Shown here: in pieces, positions 41,761 to 52,500 of the stretch
How the letters are laid out: each line of letters opens with the position of its first letter
Numbering within the stretch: position 1 is the stretch's first letter
From: Myxococcota bacterium
GTDB taxonomy: Bacteria > Myxococcota_A > Bradymonadia > UBA7976 > UBA1532
Assembly: GCA_036337435.1 (NCBI GenBank)
Contig: JAYZEG010000058.1
Span: forward strand, 247,025-311,024
Length of the DNA: 64,000 nucleotides
Direction of reading: 5' to 3'
Program-made: the position numbers and the translations under genes
Notes under the pieces: generated by a model
The model's input: only the letters and a program-made list of their open reading frames with translations
Told to the model about the DNA's origin: nothing
Databases searched by the model: none

Positions 41761-44211
41761 TCAGTTCGGTGCTGCTTTCATGCCTTTGATGACTTGCCGT
41801 AGTTCTGATGAGTACTTACCAGATGGTGCGAGTTTAAGATATCGTTCGTATGCTTTAATGGCTTTGGCCTTCATTCCGAGATCCTGCCTTGCATTGCCTA
41901 GAATTAAGAAGATTTCTGCATTATTCGGCGCGATTCGAGCCGCTTTTTCTGCATAGGTTAAAGCCGTTTTAAGCCGACCTAATTCCAGCAATGTTTTTGT
42001 GTAGCCGATCAGCGTCGGTCGAGAGTTTGGCGACAGGGCTAGGGCAGCTTCGAATTTCTTAGCAGCTGCTCCGTATTTACGCTTCTTATGTAACTTGACA
42101 GCGTCTAACGTCAGTCCATTGGCTTTTTTCTGCTTTGACGAGTCCGGTTCCGTTGGAGACGCCTCTTCCGGTGGTTTTTTCTCAACGACAGGCGACTTTT
42201 TTACATCCTGTACAGGCGGCTTTTCGGTTGCCGGTGCCTTTGCTGCGTCGGGTTGGGGCACGACGCCTGCATCGACAACGACTGGAGTTGTTTTAAAGAT
42301 GACACCGCCGTCTGGCTCGGATGGGATAGCCCACCCAGCGTCTATCGCTGCGATTGGTCCCGTCACTGCAGCCTTTTTCAGTTCGTCCTTGACCCAATTT
42401 TCATTGAGGCTGTTTCTTGGAATCGTAAGTGGTTCTACCGTGTCCCTCAAAAAGGCAAACGCACAGCCGCCGACGACGATCAAAACGGCAAACAGAAGTG
42501 CCAGTCGAGGAATACCCTGGGGCTCTTCCGTTTCATCTTCACCGAAATCGGTATTAAATCCATCGTCCTGAGGTGGTGTCGATGATGGGCCGAACCCCAG
42601 ATCAGATGTAAAGAACGAATCCTCATCTTCTTCCGATAGCGTCGCCCCGGATTCGAATTCTGGAAAAACATCTTCAGCGGGCTCATTGCTCAAGCCGTAT
42701 TGGGCACCAGAAAGGGGGTCATTTTCTGGCGTAGGTGAATCTTCGACCACCTGTTTGGAGCCTTGAGATGAGGTCTCTAATATCTGGGCATTAGACGCTG
42801 CCGGAACTGCTGAGGCTGAATCACTCATCGCCGCGTCATCGGTCAGCAAGCTATTCTCAACTTCCGGGATCGAACTCGGTCCTGTTGATTGGCTTGTGGC
42901 TGGCTCTGTGCCAGGAACCGGTGAATTGGGCGTCGTTTGGTCGATTGCTGGCAGGTGCGCCATCTGCTCGTCTGCCGGCTCAACTATGGGCCCCTGAGGC
43001 ACCTCAATCGGTGCTTCGGCTTTCGGTGCATCTGTTTCTTTTGTGACCTGTCTTTGGGATAAGAAAGCGGCCGTAGTCGCGACCTGTGATGCATTGACAG
43101 CGTTTGCTCCCGATTGGGTCGACTGATGTTCGGTCTCAGGTTTTGATGCGATGGGTCGGCCTGTCAGGTCCTCTACAGATTGTAAGAGCGCGTCTGCAAC
43201 GGTCGGTTGAATCGAAGGCGGAGCCGACGTTTGATAGTCAGGAATGGGTTGATTGACCGCATCGGGCTGAATCTGATCACCAACAGTAATGAGACCTTCA
43301 AAGTAAAGCTGGCTCGTCGTTTCGAGTGCAACTAGGTCATTCATTGACGACATATAGATCGCGTTTCTGATGGTGCTTACACCGTCAAACAGCCGGATAA
43401 ACTCGTTGACTTGCGCAGGCAGCTCTTCAATTCGAGCAGCAAGTTCTGTGTAGTCCACCGCGAGTACAGAATCTAAGGGTGGAAGTTGTTTTGAGATGTC
43501 AGACCAAGCGTCGACTTGGCCCATGCCTTCTTCAATTAATTCCGTGCTTGATTTGCCGACCGATGGCGGTCGTCTTGGTGGTGTGAAATCGATTTCAAAT
43601 CGGCCTTTGTCCCAGGTGAGCATTCTGTATACGGCCGACTCACCTTGAAGGGCTCCTGTACTCGCATCTAAAAGAACACCATCTCTGAACCAGAGTGTTC
43701 CTTTATCTGTGGCCCGTCGTATCAAGAGCATGCCACTCTTTCGACCCATTTCCATGGCTTGGAGAAGATCGACGACGCCCATCTTCTCTAAATCCCCGAA
43801 ATAATGCTGTTGTTCTGAAGGACTCTTGAGCTGTTCTTGTGTTCTTTTCTCAAGAATGAGTGCCACTCGCGCTGCAAGCTCGCGTGTGTAAATTGGCCTG
43901 ATTAGGTAATCGTCAGCACCGGCTTCCAGGCCTTTGACCTTGGTCTCAATGCTGTTGTCAATTGTCAAAAATACGAACGGAATCGACGCATGTTGATTCG
44001 ACTTCAGCCGCTGACAGAGCTCCAGTCCGGACAGGTTTGGCATTCGGGTGTCGCTGATGATCAAATCTGGGTTTGCATTGTCTATCTTAGCGAGGGCGTC
44101 TGCACCATCTCTGGCCGTGATCACCTGATAGCCAGACTTGCGAAGGGATACCTCCATCACTCGTGAGTGCTGAGTGTCCGGGTCCACCAATAGCAGAGTA
44201 TGCTGTGCCAT
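41761..44211 (-). CDS. Membrane-spanning response regulator: REC + DUF4388 + acidic linker + TM + TPR
   Basis: REC domain (LLVDPD, IISDTRMP, GADDYL), then a DUF4388-like segment (GDLEKMGVVDLLQ..KSG..GTLWFRDG..AVYRMLTWDKGRF), one TM helix and C-terminal TPRs. Confidence 0.82.
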   Translation of the reverse strand: MAQHTLLLVDPDTQHSRVMEVSLRKSGYQVITARDGADALAKIDNANPDLIISDTRMPNLSGLELCQRLKSNQHASIPFVFLTIDNSIETKVKGLEAGADDYLIRPIYTRELAARVALILEKRTQEQLKSPSEQQHYFGDLEKMGVVDLLQAMEMGRKSGMLLIRRATDKGTLWFRDGVLLDASTGALQGESAVYRMLTWDKGRFEIDFTPPRRPPSVGKSSTELIEEGMGQVDAWSDISKQLPPLDSVLAVDYTELAARIEELPAQVNEFIRLFDGVSTIRNAIYMSSMNDLVALETTSQLYFEGLITVGDQIQPDAVNQPIPDYQTSAPPSIQPTVADALLQSVEDLTGRPIASKPETEHQSTQSGANAVNASQVATTAAFLSQRQVTKETDAPKAEAPIEVPQGPIVEPADEQMAHLPAIDQTTPNSPVPGTEPATSQSTGPSSIPEVENSLLTDDAAMSDSASAVPAASNAQILETSSQGSKQVVEDSPTPENDPLSGAQYGLSNEPAEDVFPEFESGATLSEEDEDSFFTSDLGFGPSSTPPQDDGFNTDFGEDETEEPQGIPRLALLFAVLIVVGGCAFAFLRDTVEPLTIPRNSLNENWVKDELKKAAVTGPIAAIDAGWAIPSEPDGGVIFKTTPVVVDAGVVPQPDAAKAPATEKPPVQDVKKSPVVEKKPPEEASPTEPDSSKQKKANGLTLDAVKLHKKRKYGAAAKKFEAALALSPNSRPTLIGYTKTLLELGRLKTALTYAEKAARIAPNNAEIFLILGNARQDLGMKAKAIKAYERYLKLAPSGKYSSELRQVIKGMKAAPN

Positions 44212-44344
44212 TTTGCTCCTGCTCAAGCCGTTTAGTTTTTAACGCCGTGCATATCTTGCGTCCAGACGGGCCTGTTCGTAAAGAAAACCGAACACTTCAC
44301 TGCCATTTATTCAAGAATAAGGACTGATGAAATCTTTACTGGTG

Positions 44345-46417
44345 TTAAACGATCTCATCACCACCTACGATTTTAAACATCTCATCAAATGCATTCTGGG
44401 CTCGTTTTTCAAGGGCGTCACCCGTCAACTCGGGCATTTTTCCAGACCGATCCCCGTCGAATAACTCTTTCGGTATCTCATGGAGGAAACGACTTGGTTT
44501 TCTGTTCAAGATGCGACCGTATTTCAATCGTGTCTTCGAACCGGTCAATGTCAGCCGTTTGCGCGCTCGGGTCAGACCCACATAAATCAGTCGCCGCTCT
44601 TCGGTGATGTCGACCGGCGCTGTTGCTGCGGAGGACGCGTCTGCCTGTCGAATATGTGGAACAAACCCTTCTTCAAATCCGACCAGATAAACGTGATTGA
44701 ATTCCAGACCCTTGGAACTATGAAGAGTCATCAAAGCCACGACATTTTCATTTTCTTCTTCTTCTTCTTCTTTATTTCGGTCCAAGCTGAGCATCGACAG
44801 GAAGTCTTCAAGCCCACACTCTGGATTGTTTTTCCGAAAGCTTCCTAATGCAGATGCGACTTCATCTAGGTTGTCCAATCGGATCATGAGTCGGCGCACA
44901 TTTTTTTCGGTTCGACCGAATGCATTCCTGAAATCAATGGTTTCAATCAGGTCTCTGCAAATGGAGCCAAAGTCGGCATCGGGTTGTCTGAAACGGTCGC
45001 GGAAGTCTTTCATCAGGAGGTGAAATCCCGCCAATAAGTCGCGCGTTGAATTCTTTAAGTTTGGAACATCGGACGGTCTTTCGACCAGCCGAAAGAAGGG
45101 CACATCTCGCTTGCGTGATTCTTCGGCGATTCGCTGGATGGTCAGATCTCCGATGCCTCGTGATGGAAAATTAATGATTCGCCTCAGTGCGACTTCATCC
45201 CAGGGATTGTTGATGAACCGAAGGTAAGCGACGAGATCTCGGACTTCCTTGCGGTCGTAGAATCGAGTCCCACCAATGATTTTGTACGGAATATCCTGAT
45301 TTCGAATCGCGTCTTCGAGCAGCCGTGCCTGCGCGTTTGTTCGATACAGAATGGAAAATTCATTCCAATCCGCTTGGTAGTGTCGTTTGGAACTTAAGAT
45401 ATCTGTTGCGACCCATTTCGCTTCTTCGTCGCCATCTTTTGCCTCCATATACCGCAGCGATTCTCCCTCACCTAGTTCACTCCACAACGACTTTTTGTGC
45501 CGCTCTGCATTGTTCAAAATCAGCTTGTTGGCGGCGCGCAGAATCCGATTTGTCGACCGATAGTTTTGAGTCAGAGCAATGGTTTGAGCGCCCTTGAAAT
45601 GTTTGTCAAATCGAAGAATATTCCCAGCCTCTGCACCGCGCCATCCATAAATGGACTGGTCATCGTCACCGACCGCACAGACGTTTTGGTAGCGTTTTGC
45701 TAGGGCTTTCAAAAGTCGAAGTTGGGCTAAGTTTGTATCTTGGTATTCGTCAACCATCATGTATTTGAATCGACCGCTCCAGCGATATCCAATCTCTTCG
45801 TTGGTCTCCAATAACCAAACGGGCAGTGCAATTAAATCATCAAAATCAACAGCATTTAATGCCCGAAGCCGACGCCCATACAGAGGCGCAATGTGTGCTA
45901 CGGCACCTTCAAGTCCGCCCCGTCTCGCGTCGGGTCTTTCCAAGCGACTTTTATAGTGGCTAATCAGGCCATGGACGAGTTTTGGATCAAATTCATCGGT
46001 ATCGTAACCGACCTCTCTCATGAGATCGATGATTGCCGCAAGCTGGTCTCCTTCGTCGAGGATGGTAAATTTTTCGCTGAGTCCTGCCTCTTTATATTCA
46101 TCGCGTAGAAACCGTAATCCCAGTGCATGAAACGTGCTTAAGTGAGCTGTTTTCGCGGCAGATCCGATGAGCTCGATAACGCGCTCCCGCATTTCCTTTG
46201 CGGCTTTGTTTGTGAAAGAAAGCGCGAGAATCTCACTTGGACTGACACCTTGGGAAACCAGATAAGCAATTCGGTAGGTGATGACACGAGTCTTGCCCGA
46301 TCCAGCACCAGCGAGAACGAGTACAGGTCCATCCGTCTTAAATACGGCCGCTCGCTGCTGATCATTTAAATGATCGAAATTCACCATGCTCTTTGTCTTC
46401 ATTTCTTTGCCAAACAA
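44345..46417 (-). CDS. UvrD/Rep/PcrA family DNA helicase
   Basis: LAGAGSGKT, FTNKAA, VDEYQDTN, VGDDDQSIY, QNYRS, LYRTN, TLHSSKGLEF and EERRLIYVGLTRA. It lacks a PcrA-type C-terminal Tudor tail, so it looks Rep-like. Confidence 0.93.
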   Translation of the reverse strand: MFGKEMKTKSMVNFDHLNDQQRAAVFKTDGPVLVLAGAGSGKTRVITYRIAYLVSQGVSPSEILALSFTNKAAKEMRERVIELIGSAAKTAHLSTFHALGLRFLRDEYKEAGLSEKFTILDEGDQLAAIIDLMREVGYDTDEFDPKLVHGLISHYKSRLERPDARRGGLEGAVAHIAPLYGRRLRALNAVDFDDLIALPVWLLETNEEIGYRWSGRFKYMMVDEYQDTNLAQLRLLKALAKRYQNVCAVGDDDQSIYGWRGAEAGNILRFDKHFKGAQTIALTQNYRSTNRILRAANKLILNNAERHKKSLWSELGEGESLRYMEAKDGDEEAKWVATDILSSKRHYQADWNEFSILYRTNAQARLLEDAIRNQDIPYKIIGGTRFYDRKEVRDLVAYLRFINNPWDEVALRRIINFPSRGIGDLTIQRIAEESRKRDVPFFRLVERPSDVPNLKNSTRDLLAGFHLLMKDFRDRFRQPDADFGSICRDLIETIDFRNAFGRTEKNVRRLMIRLDNLDEVASALGSFRKNNPECGLEDFLSMLSLDRNKEEEEEENENVVALMTLHSSKGLEFNHVYLVGFEEGFVPHIRQADASSAATAPVDITEERRLIYVGLTRARKRLTLTGSKTRLKYGRILNRKPSRFLHEIPKELFDGDRSGKMPELTGDALEKRAQNAFDEMFKIVGGDEIV

Positions 46418-46544
46418 TCCAATCGACGGTCGGAAACCGCTTTATAGATCAGCTTTTGGTTAGGAGGATCAAAAATCATCAGAGAGAATAAAATTGACTG
46501 ATTCTTGACTTAAAAGGGTTGCCTCATTAAGAACATAGATCAAT

Positions 46545-46562
46545 AATGAATGAACATTCATT
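46545..46562. promoter_or_regulatory. Palindromic operator, probably bound by the adjacent TetR
   Basis: AATGAATG-AA-CATTCATT is a perfect 8-bp inverted repeat, downstream of TTGACT at 46505 and upstream of the AAAGGA RBS. Confidence 0.7.
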
Positions 46563-46578
46563 TAGAAAAGGAAATGGT

Positions 46579-47193
46579 TTGGTTAGACCCCGAGAAGGTG
46601 ATAAGCGTCGAAGGATAATTGACGCGGCCGTTCATGTTTTCTCTGAACGTGGTTTTTTCAATTCCCGGGTTAACGATGTGGCGGAAGCTGCTGGGGTAGC
46701 GGGGGGAACCATTTACCTTTATTTCAAAAACAAAGACGATTTGCTGATCAGCGTTTTTGAAGACCGAATGGACACCATTTTGGCGATGTTAAAGTCTGAG
46801 CTTAGGGAAGAGCAGACACCACCCGGGCAATTGAGGCGCTTTATTGAGCTGCACCTCGAATTGGTTCAGCGTGACCAAGCTTTGGCCGATGTATTGGCCG
46901 TGGAGCTCAGACAGTCCGCCAAATTTGTGCGAGAGTATCGGGCGCGGAAATTCTACGAGTATTTAGGCGTGGCCGAAGACATTTTGACAGACGGGATGCG
47001 AGACGGCTCATTTCGAGCGGATATCGACCCTAAATTGTACCGAAGGGCTCTTTTCGGTGCTCTAGATGAACTGACCGTAATGTGGCTCGCATGCGCCCGA
47101 GAGGGACGTGCTGCGCCATGGTCTTTGAATGACGCAGTGAACCAAGTATTTAACCTCTTTGTCTCGGGGCTTGGCCCAGAGGCAGAGCATTAA
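46579..47193 (+). CDS. TetR family regulator (FadR/YsiA-like)
   Basis: HTH: IIDAAVHVFSERGF..VAEAAGVAGGTIYLYFKNKDDLL; ELRQS. Start moved from ATG 46546, which is part of the operator, to TTG 46579 following an AAAGGA RBS. Confidence 0.88.
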   Translation: MVRPREGDKRRRIIDAAVHVFSERGFFNSRVNDVAEAAGVAGGTIYLYFKNKDDLLISVFEDRMDTILAMLKSELREEQTPPGQLRRFIELHLELVQRDQALADVLAVELRQSAKFVREYRARKFYEYLGVAEDILTDGMRDGSFRADIDPKLYRRALFGALDELTVMWLACAREGRAAPWSLNDAVNQVFNLFVSGLGPEAEH

Positions 47194-47209
47194 CCCATAG
47201 GAGCGACCT

Positions 47210-47968
47210 TTGAAAATTCTCGTTACAGCGAAACGGGTTACTGACCCCTACAGCAAGATTACGCTGAAGAAGGATGGCAGTGGACTCGACCTCGACAATG
47301 TTGACTTCAAGATGAACCCCTTTTGTGAAATCGCAATCGAGGAAGCACTTCGAATTGCCGAGGACGCGGATGACCCCGAGATCATTGTCATCGCCATCGG
47401 TGATGATGAAGCGACCAAAGAGGTGCGTACGGGCCTCGCCATGGGAGCCGATCGAGGGATCCTGGTCGAACATGATGAAGACGAACTCGATTCTGACCTT
47501 GTTGCACGAATCTTGGTCAAGATTTGCCAAGATGAAGAACCAGACCTGGTGATCCTTGGAAAGCAGGCGACCGATGGAGACAGTAATCAGGTCGGGCAAT
47601 TGATGGCTGAGTATCTGGGCTGGCCGCAGGCGACATTCGCCTACAAGGTGTCTGTTAATGACGACTACGATGGTGCAGATGTCATGCGAGAAGTTGATGG
47701 CGGTGTCGAAACCGTCCGCCTCAGTTTCCCGGCAGTGATCACCACCGATTTACGTTTGAATGAGCCTCGCTATGCGAGTCTTCCTGGGATTATGAAGGCG
47801 AAGAGAAAGCCACTCGATGTCTTCGACTTAGAGGATTTAGAAATCGACGATGAACTCAAGGTCGAGACGGTTGGATTTGAAATGCCGCCTGAGCGTCAAG
47901 CTGGCATCATCATCGGAGACGTGGATGAGTTGATGGATAAACTCGCAAATGAGGCGAAGGTCATCTGA
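47210..47968 (+). CDS. etfB: Electron transfer flavoprotein beta subunit
   Basis: MNPFCEIAIEEA, LAMGAD, GKQATDGD, REVDGG and NEPRYASLPGIMKAKRK motifs. Confidence 0.96.
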   Translation: MKILVTAKRVTDPYSKITLKKDGSGLDLDNVDFKMNPFCEIAIEEALRIAEDADDPEIIVIAIGDDEATKEVRTGLAMGADRGILVEHDEDELDSDLVARILVKICQDEEPDLVILGKQATDGDSNQVGQLMAEYLGWPQATFAYKVSVNDDYDGADVMREVDGGVETVRLSFPAVITTDLRLNEPRYASLPGIMKAKRKPLDVFDLEDLEIDDELKVETVGFEMPPERQAGIIIGDVDELMDKLANEAKVI

Positions 47969-47988
47969 GGCCTGAAAGGACACAATAT

Positions 47989-48960
47989 ATGAGTAATGTA
48001 ATCGTACTCGCAGAGCATGAATCGGGAGACTTGGTCCGTGGGTCCTTGAATGCCATTCAGGCTGCGAAAGAAATCGTGGCCAAAGTGGGTGGAAGCTTTG
48101 ATGTGGCAGTTGTTGGTTCCGGAATTGGAGCCGTAGCAACCGAACTCGCACAATACGGAGCTGCAACCGTCTATCAGGTTGAATCGAGTGCTCTGGCCAG
48201 TTACACGGCACCTGCCTATGCGCAGGGATTTGAGGTCGCCGTGAAGGCATCGGGTGCAACTTATGTACTTGCTGCTGCAACAGCGAAGGGCAAGGACACA
48301 ACGCCTCGATTGGCGGCTCGATTGGGTGCTGGACAGGCCAGTGATGTCATCGCCATCAATGGTGATGGCAGCCAATTGACGTACACTCGTCCAATGTGGG
48401 CAGGATCCGTATTGGGGCAGGTCAAGGTTAACACAGAGGTCACAGTCCTAACGGTCCGGACGACCGGATTTGACGCCGCTCAAGGTGGACAGGGGCAAAG
48501 TGCTGTTGAGACACTGAGTGCTGATATCGACGTGGCGTCATTACGGATGGAATACGTTGGATTGGATTCTGTTAAGTCTGACCGACCGGCATTGACAGAT
48601 GCAGATGTCGTTGTTGCCGGTGGGCGTGGCCTTAAAGAACCAACGAACTTCAAGCTCCTCGAGACCTTAGCTGATCAACTCGGTGGTGCCCTGGGCGCGA
48701 CGAGAGCGGTCGTTGACGAAGGATGGGTTCCCAACGATTGGCAGGTGGGACAAACTGGTAAAGTGGTTGCGCCTAACCTATATATCGCCGTGGGCATCAG
48801 TGGTGCAATCCAGCATCTATCTGGCATGAAGGGTTCAAAGACGATCGTCGCCATTAATAAGGACCCGGAAGCACCCATTTTCCAGGTCGCGGACTACGGT
48901 ATCGTTGCTGACCTCTTCGACATTGTTCCTGAACTCACCGAAAAGATTGGCAATCGCTAA
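47989..48960 (+). CDS. etfA: Electron transfer flavoprotein alpha subunit
   Basis: [30 protein letters not shown] and [11 protein letters not shown] motifs. Confidence 0.96.
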   Translation: MSNVIVLAEHESGDLVRGSLNAIQAAKEIVAKVGGSFDVAVVGSGIGAVATELAQYGAATVYQVESSALASYTAPAYAQGFEVAVKASGATYVLAAATAKGKDTTPRLAARLGAGQASDVIAINGDGSQLTYTRPMWAGSVLGQVKVNTEVTVLTVRTTGFDAAQGGQGQSAVETLSADIDVASLRMEYVGLDSVKSDRPALTDADVVVAGGRGLKEPTNFKLLETLADQLGGALGATRAVVDEGWVPNDWQVGQTGKVVAPNLYIAVGISGAIQHLSGMKGSKTIVAINKDPEAPIFQVADYGIVADLFDIVPELTEKIGNR

Positions 48961-48969
48961 GTTCACTCG

Positions 48970-49000
48970 TCTATCGTCGGTCTATGGGGCCGACGATAGA
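48970..49000 (+). terminator. Stem-loop between etfA and the PqqD gene (terminator or processing/stability hairpin)
   Basis: TCTATCGTCGG (48970-80) and CCGACGATAGA (48990-49000) form a perfect 11-bp stem. No U-tract follows. Confidence 0.5.
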
Positions 49001-49015
49001 TAGGAGCTTTGAATC

Positions 49016-49297
49016 ATGAACTCGACCAAACTGATTACACCTCATCGCCGAGTCGCTGCTCGGATCGTCGATGGCTGCGCGCTCATCCTGGATCCCCGGA
49101 CTGACCAATTGCAGAGGTTGAACGAGGTCGGCTCTTTCATTTGGGCGCGAATCATTGAGCGCAGTCACACCAGTGCATCCATCCGTGACCTTTTGATTGA
49201 TGAGTTTCAAGTTGATGAGGCCACTGCCCAATCTGACCTAAGCGCTTTTCTCGATAAACTCGCCGCACGCGATTTAATCGAGTACGCATCCGATTGA
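49016..49297 (+). CDS. PqqD family RiPP recognition element (stand-alone RRE)
   Basis: 93 aa, RIVDGCALIL..LNEVGSFIW..LIDEFQVD...AQSDLSAFLDKLAARDLI, the classic PqqD pattern. AGGAG RBS. Confidence 0.9.
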   Translation: MNSTKLITPHRRVAARIVDGCALILDPRTDQLQRLNEVGSFIWARIIERSHTSASIRDLLIDEFQVDEATAQSDLSAFLDKLAARDLIEYASD

Positions 49298-49534
49298 TTT
49301 TCCCACCCAGCCGAGTAGAGTGCGCATAGCAGATCCCAATAAGTCGCGTTACATACTCAATTCAGACAACGTCCGTATTGAATAGAAAGCGAGTTGATCG
49401 CGAAAATTATGTGGTCGAGCGAACATTTATAGTGCATGTCTGCATCGCAGATGCGCGCAGCCCGTGACACCATTCCTACTTTTGTGGGAGACTACGTCAG
49501 TAATTTGAAGATTGAGACTTGGAGATTATTTCTC

Positions 49535-52500
49535 ATGTTTGGTTCGTTCTGGAAAAATTGGCTCTCTTACCCATTGTTTGTCATTGGGGCACTTGCTCTT
49601 GGTTGTGATGATTCGTCAGGCCCTAATTTACCACCTCAGCCTGATGCGGGTAACTTAAATCAGGTTGTCATTCTTGCACCGACCAATAACGCTGAGCTGA
49701 CAGCGACCGATGACTTAGATGGGGATGTTACCAACGGTCTTCAATTCAAGGTGTCTCTCGATATCAGTTTGGTTAGCGATGGCACATTACAACTCAACGT
49801 TGGTGATTCAATGCCTCAAGTGGTCGATGTCGAGAGCGGCCCTATCGAACTCGACGCATCAGTTCCCTTCGACCGCAACGGAAGCTACCCAATATCTGCA
49901 GTTTTGACGCCTGCTGAAGGTGATCCCGTCAGTGCTGAAATCCGGGTTCAGGTACGGTCTTTCGCATGTTCTATTACCGTCAATCCTCAGCCGAGCGGTG
50001 TTGGTTGTGATTTAGGTGCCTCCGCCGATGAAGATTCAGTCGCACCTGGTTTCCAGACGACCTTGAGTGCACAAACCAGTTGTCCGGAGGTCGTTTTTAC
50101 GGTCAACAATCTCCCAGCAATTACCGCGCAGACCGTTGATGGTGTTGCAAACCAACAGGTCACGCTGAGAGATGGCGAAAACACCATCACAATCAGTGCA
50201 AACGATGGTCTCGCTGATCCAACCGTTGTTGGCCCCTATCCCCTTTCTGTACGCACAACGGGACCCCAATTCGAATTGAATGACTTCAATGGTGGTCGAG
50301 TGAACACGCGCTTAATTGCCGAAGGAGAACAAGACGGAGGTTTAATTTATTGGGCCATTCAAGGTCGGGCAAACGGTGTCGAGCCTGGCGCGAGGGTCCA
50401 ACTCAGTTTCGAGCCTGCTTTGGACAACGCACCCGCTGATGCACGGGTCGATGAAAACGGACAATTTAGATTCGAAGTCGCGGTTGCCAGGGGGGCGTTC
50501 TACTCTGGAGACCTCACGCTGTCGGCGACTGACATTTGCGGCGAAGCAGGTGAGTCCGATGCCTATACAATCCGCCTCGATGCAGTCGTTCCGACCGCAC
50601 AAATCATTGAACCAAGTGACGGTTCTTTACTGGTTTTCAGCCTCGATTTGGAACCAACGCGAGCCGGTGCTCAAATCCCGGTCTCCATCGACTTGATCGA
50701 CCCGCGCCCCAGCGATGTCGACTACCCCATTTCAATCGAATGTGCCGCAGTCAGTGGAAGCCCAGTATTTGTCGACAGGGCTCGGGGGCCCGGCGACGCC
50801 ATTAATCGGTCAGATCTCCTAGATGATGATCCGACCAACGATGCGGTCATTGTGACCTTTCAACAATCAGAGCAAGGTGAATTCATTTGTCGTACGGTTA
50901 TCGGCGGCACGAGTAATCCATCGACGGCTCGCGAAGTTGTATGGAGGGCATTCTTCGACCGGCCGAGCTTCAGCCTCTTTACACCGGCTCGGGCACCATC
51001 TTGCGTACGGTCCGATGAGGTGGACTTTGCTGGAACCGGAATGGATCTAGATGGAAATCAGCCAGCGCTGAGCGCGACCATTACATCGCCGCAATTAGAC
51101 GATGACCTCGTGGTTGGTTTCGAACCGCGCGGCGGCGAGAGGTATGGTTTTGCACTCGATGCTCTTGAGCTTCCAGATGGGGAGTATGCGGTGTCCTTGT
51201 CTGGCCAGGTACTCGGTCAGGTTGATGTTGACATCGAACCACAAGAATTCTCGGTCATCGTCGATAGGCAAGGGCCGACTGTCAGCATTCTAAGTCCCGA
51301 CGCATCAGCGACGTTTGTTGATGAAGATCCAGCAACAGCTGGGACACAGAGTGGCTTGCGGTTCGAGGTTTGTGGCGCAGGCGGCCAAGAGCTCAATATA
51401 ACAACACTGCCAGCACTCGCGGGCAGCCCCTACATTGTCAATATTCCTGCAGACGCTGAATGTTCCACCGTGTCTTTGCCGCCGACGACTGTGCCTTTGG
51501 GCGACGTCCTGATTACGGCTGGCGTAACGGACCGATGTAATGTCCAGGCCAGTGCATCCATGACAGCGTCTATTTCTCCGTCGGCACGAGAGTCGCGCAT
51601 CTTGACTCCAACTCCGGGATTTGTAAACGCCAATTCTGATACAGATAACAATCGTGCAGGTTGTCAATTTGAATTGACCGCCGTTGGTCAAGGAATGGCT
51701 GAGGGTGCAGAGTTCTTTGTGTGTACGAATGTTCAACAAACGGCACCGATAGGCCAATGCAATGGCGCATCATCAGCACTGGCTGGAGCGTGTCGTATTA
51801 CGGGCTCGACGGAAAATGGGGCTCAGGTTGCATGTCCATTGACGCTCGTCGATGGTCAGCATGACATTACATTCGTAGGGATTTTCGGCGATCGCGTGGA
51901 ATCTGCTCCAGTTGCTCTGAACATCGACTGTCAAGCACCCAGTGTGACTCAGCTCACGCTGGTTGATGATGCCGACAACGATGGCTGTATTAACCAGATG
52001 GAAAGGCGTAATCAGGGGGCACCGGGCACGGCAGCTCAATTCCAAGTTCGTGTTCAAACCGAGGGTTTTGAAGATGGGCAAGTCATCCGTTTGTTGACGG
52101 AGGATGGTGTATCCCAAGGCTCAGTCGCCCTCGTCAATAACCAGGGTAACATTACGGTGCAACTCGCTGAAGGAACCAGGACGCTCAATGTTACAGGCTC
52201 CGACCTTGCTGGCAATTCAGTTGCTACAGAAGGCGTGGATGTTGTCACCTTGCCATTGCAAGTGGACACAACAGCACCTACGCCTAGCTTGACCAACATC
52301 GTCCAAGCGGCTTGTTTGAATGCCACTGCTGATGAAGACGAGAACACCGCCGGCCTCCAGTACTCAGTTCAAATTAATACAGGACGTGAGCAGAACGATA
52401 CGGTGACAGCGCGCATGGTCTTGGATGGGATCGAAATCGCAACGCAGCAGGCACAAACAGATACGGTCGACTTTGCTGCGCAGACCTTTGCTGAGGGCGC

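Noticed and set aside
49436..49534. ORF-track N-terminal extension of the giant protein
   Set aside because: ATG 49535 has a GGAG RBS and places the signal peptide and lipobox at the N-terminus.
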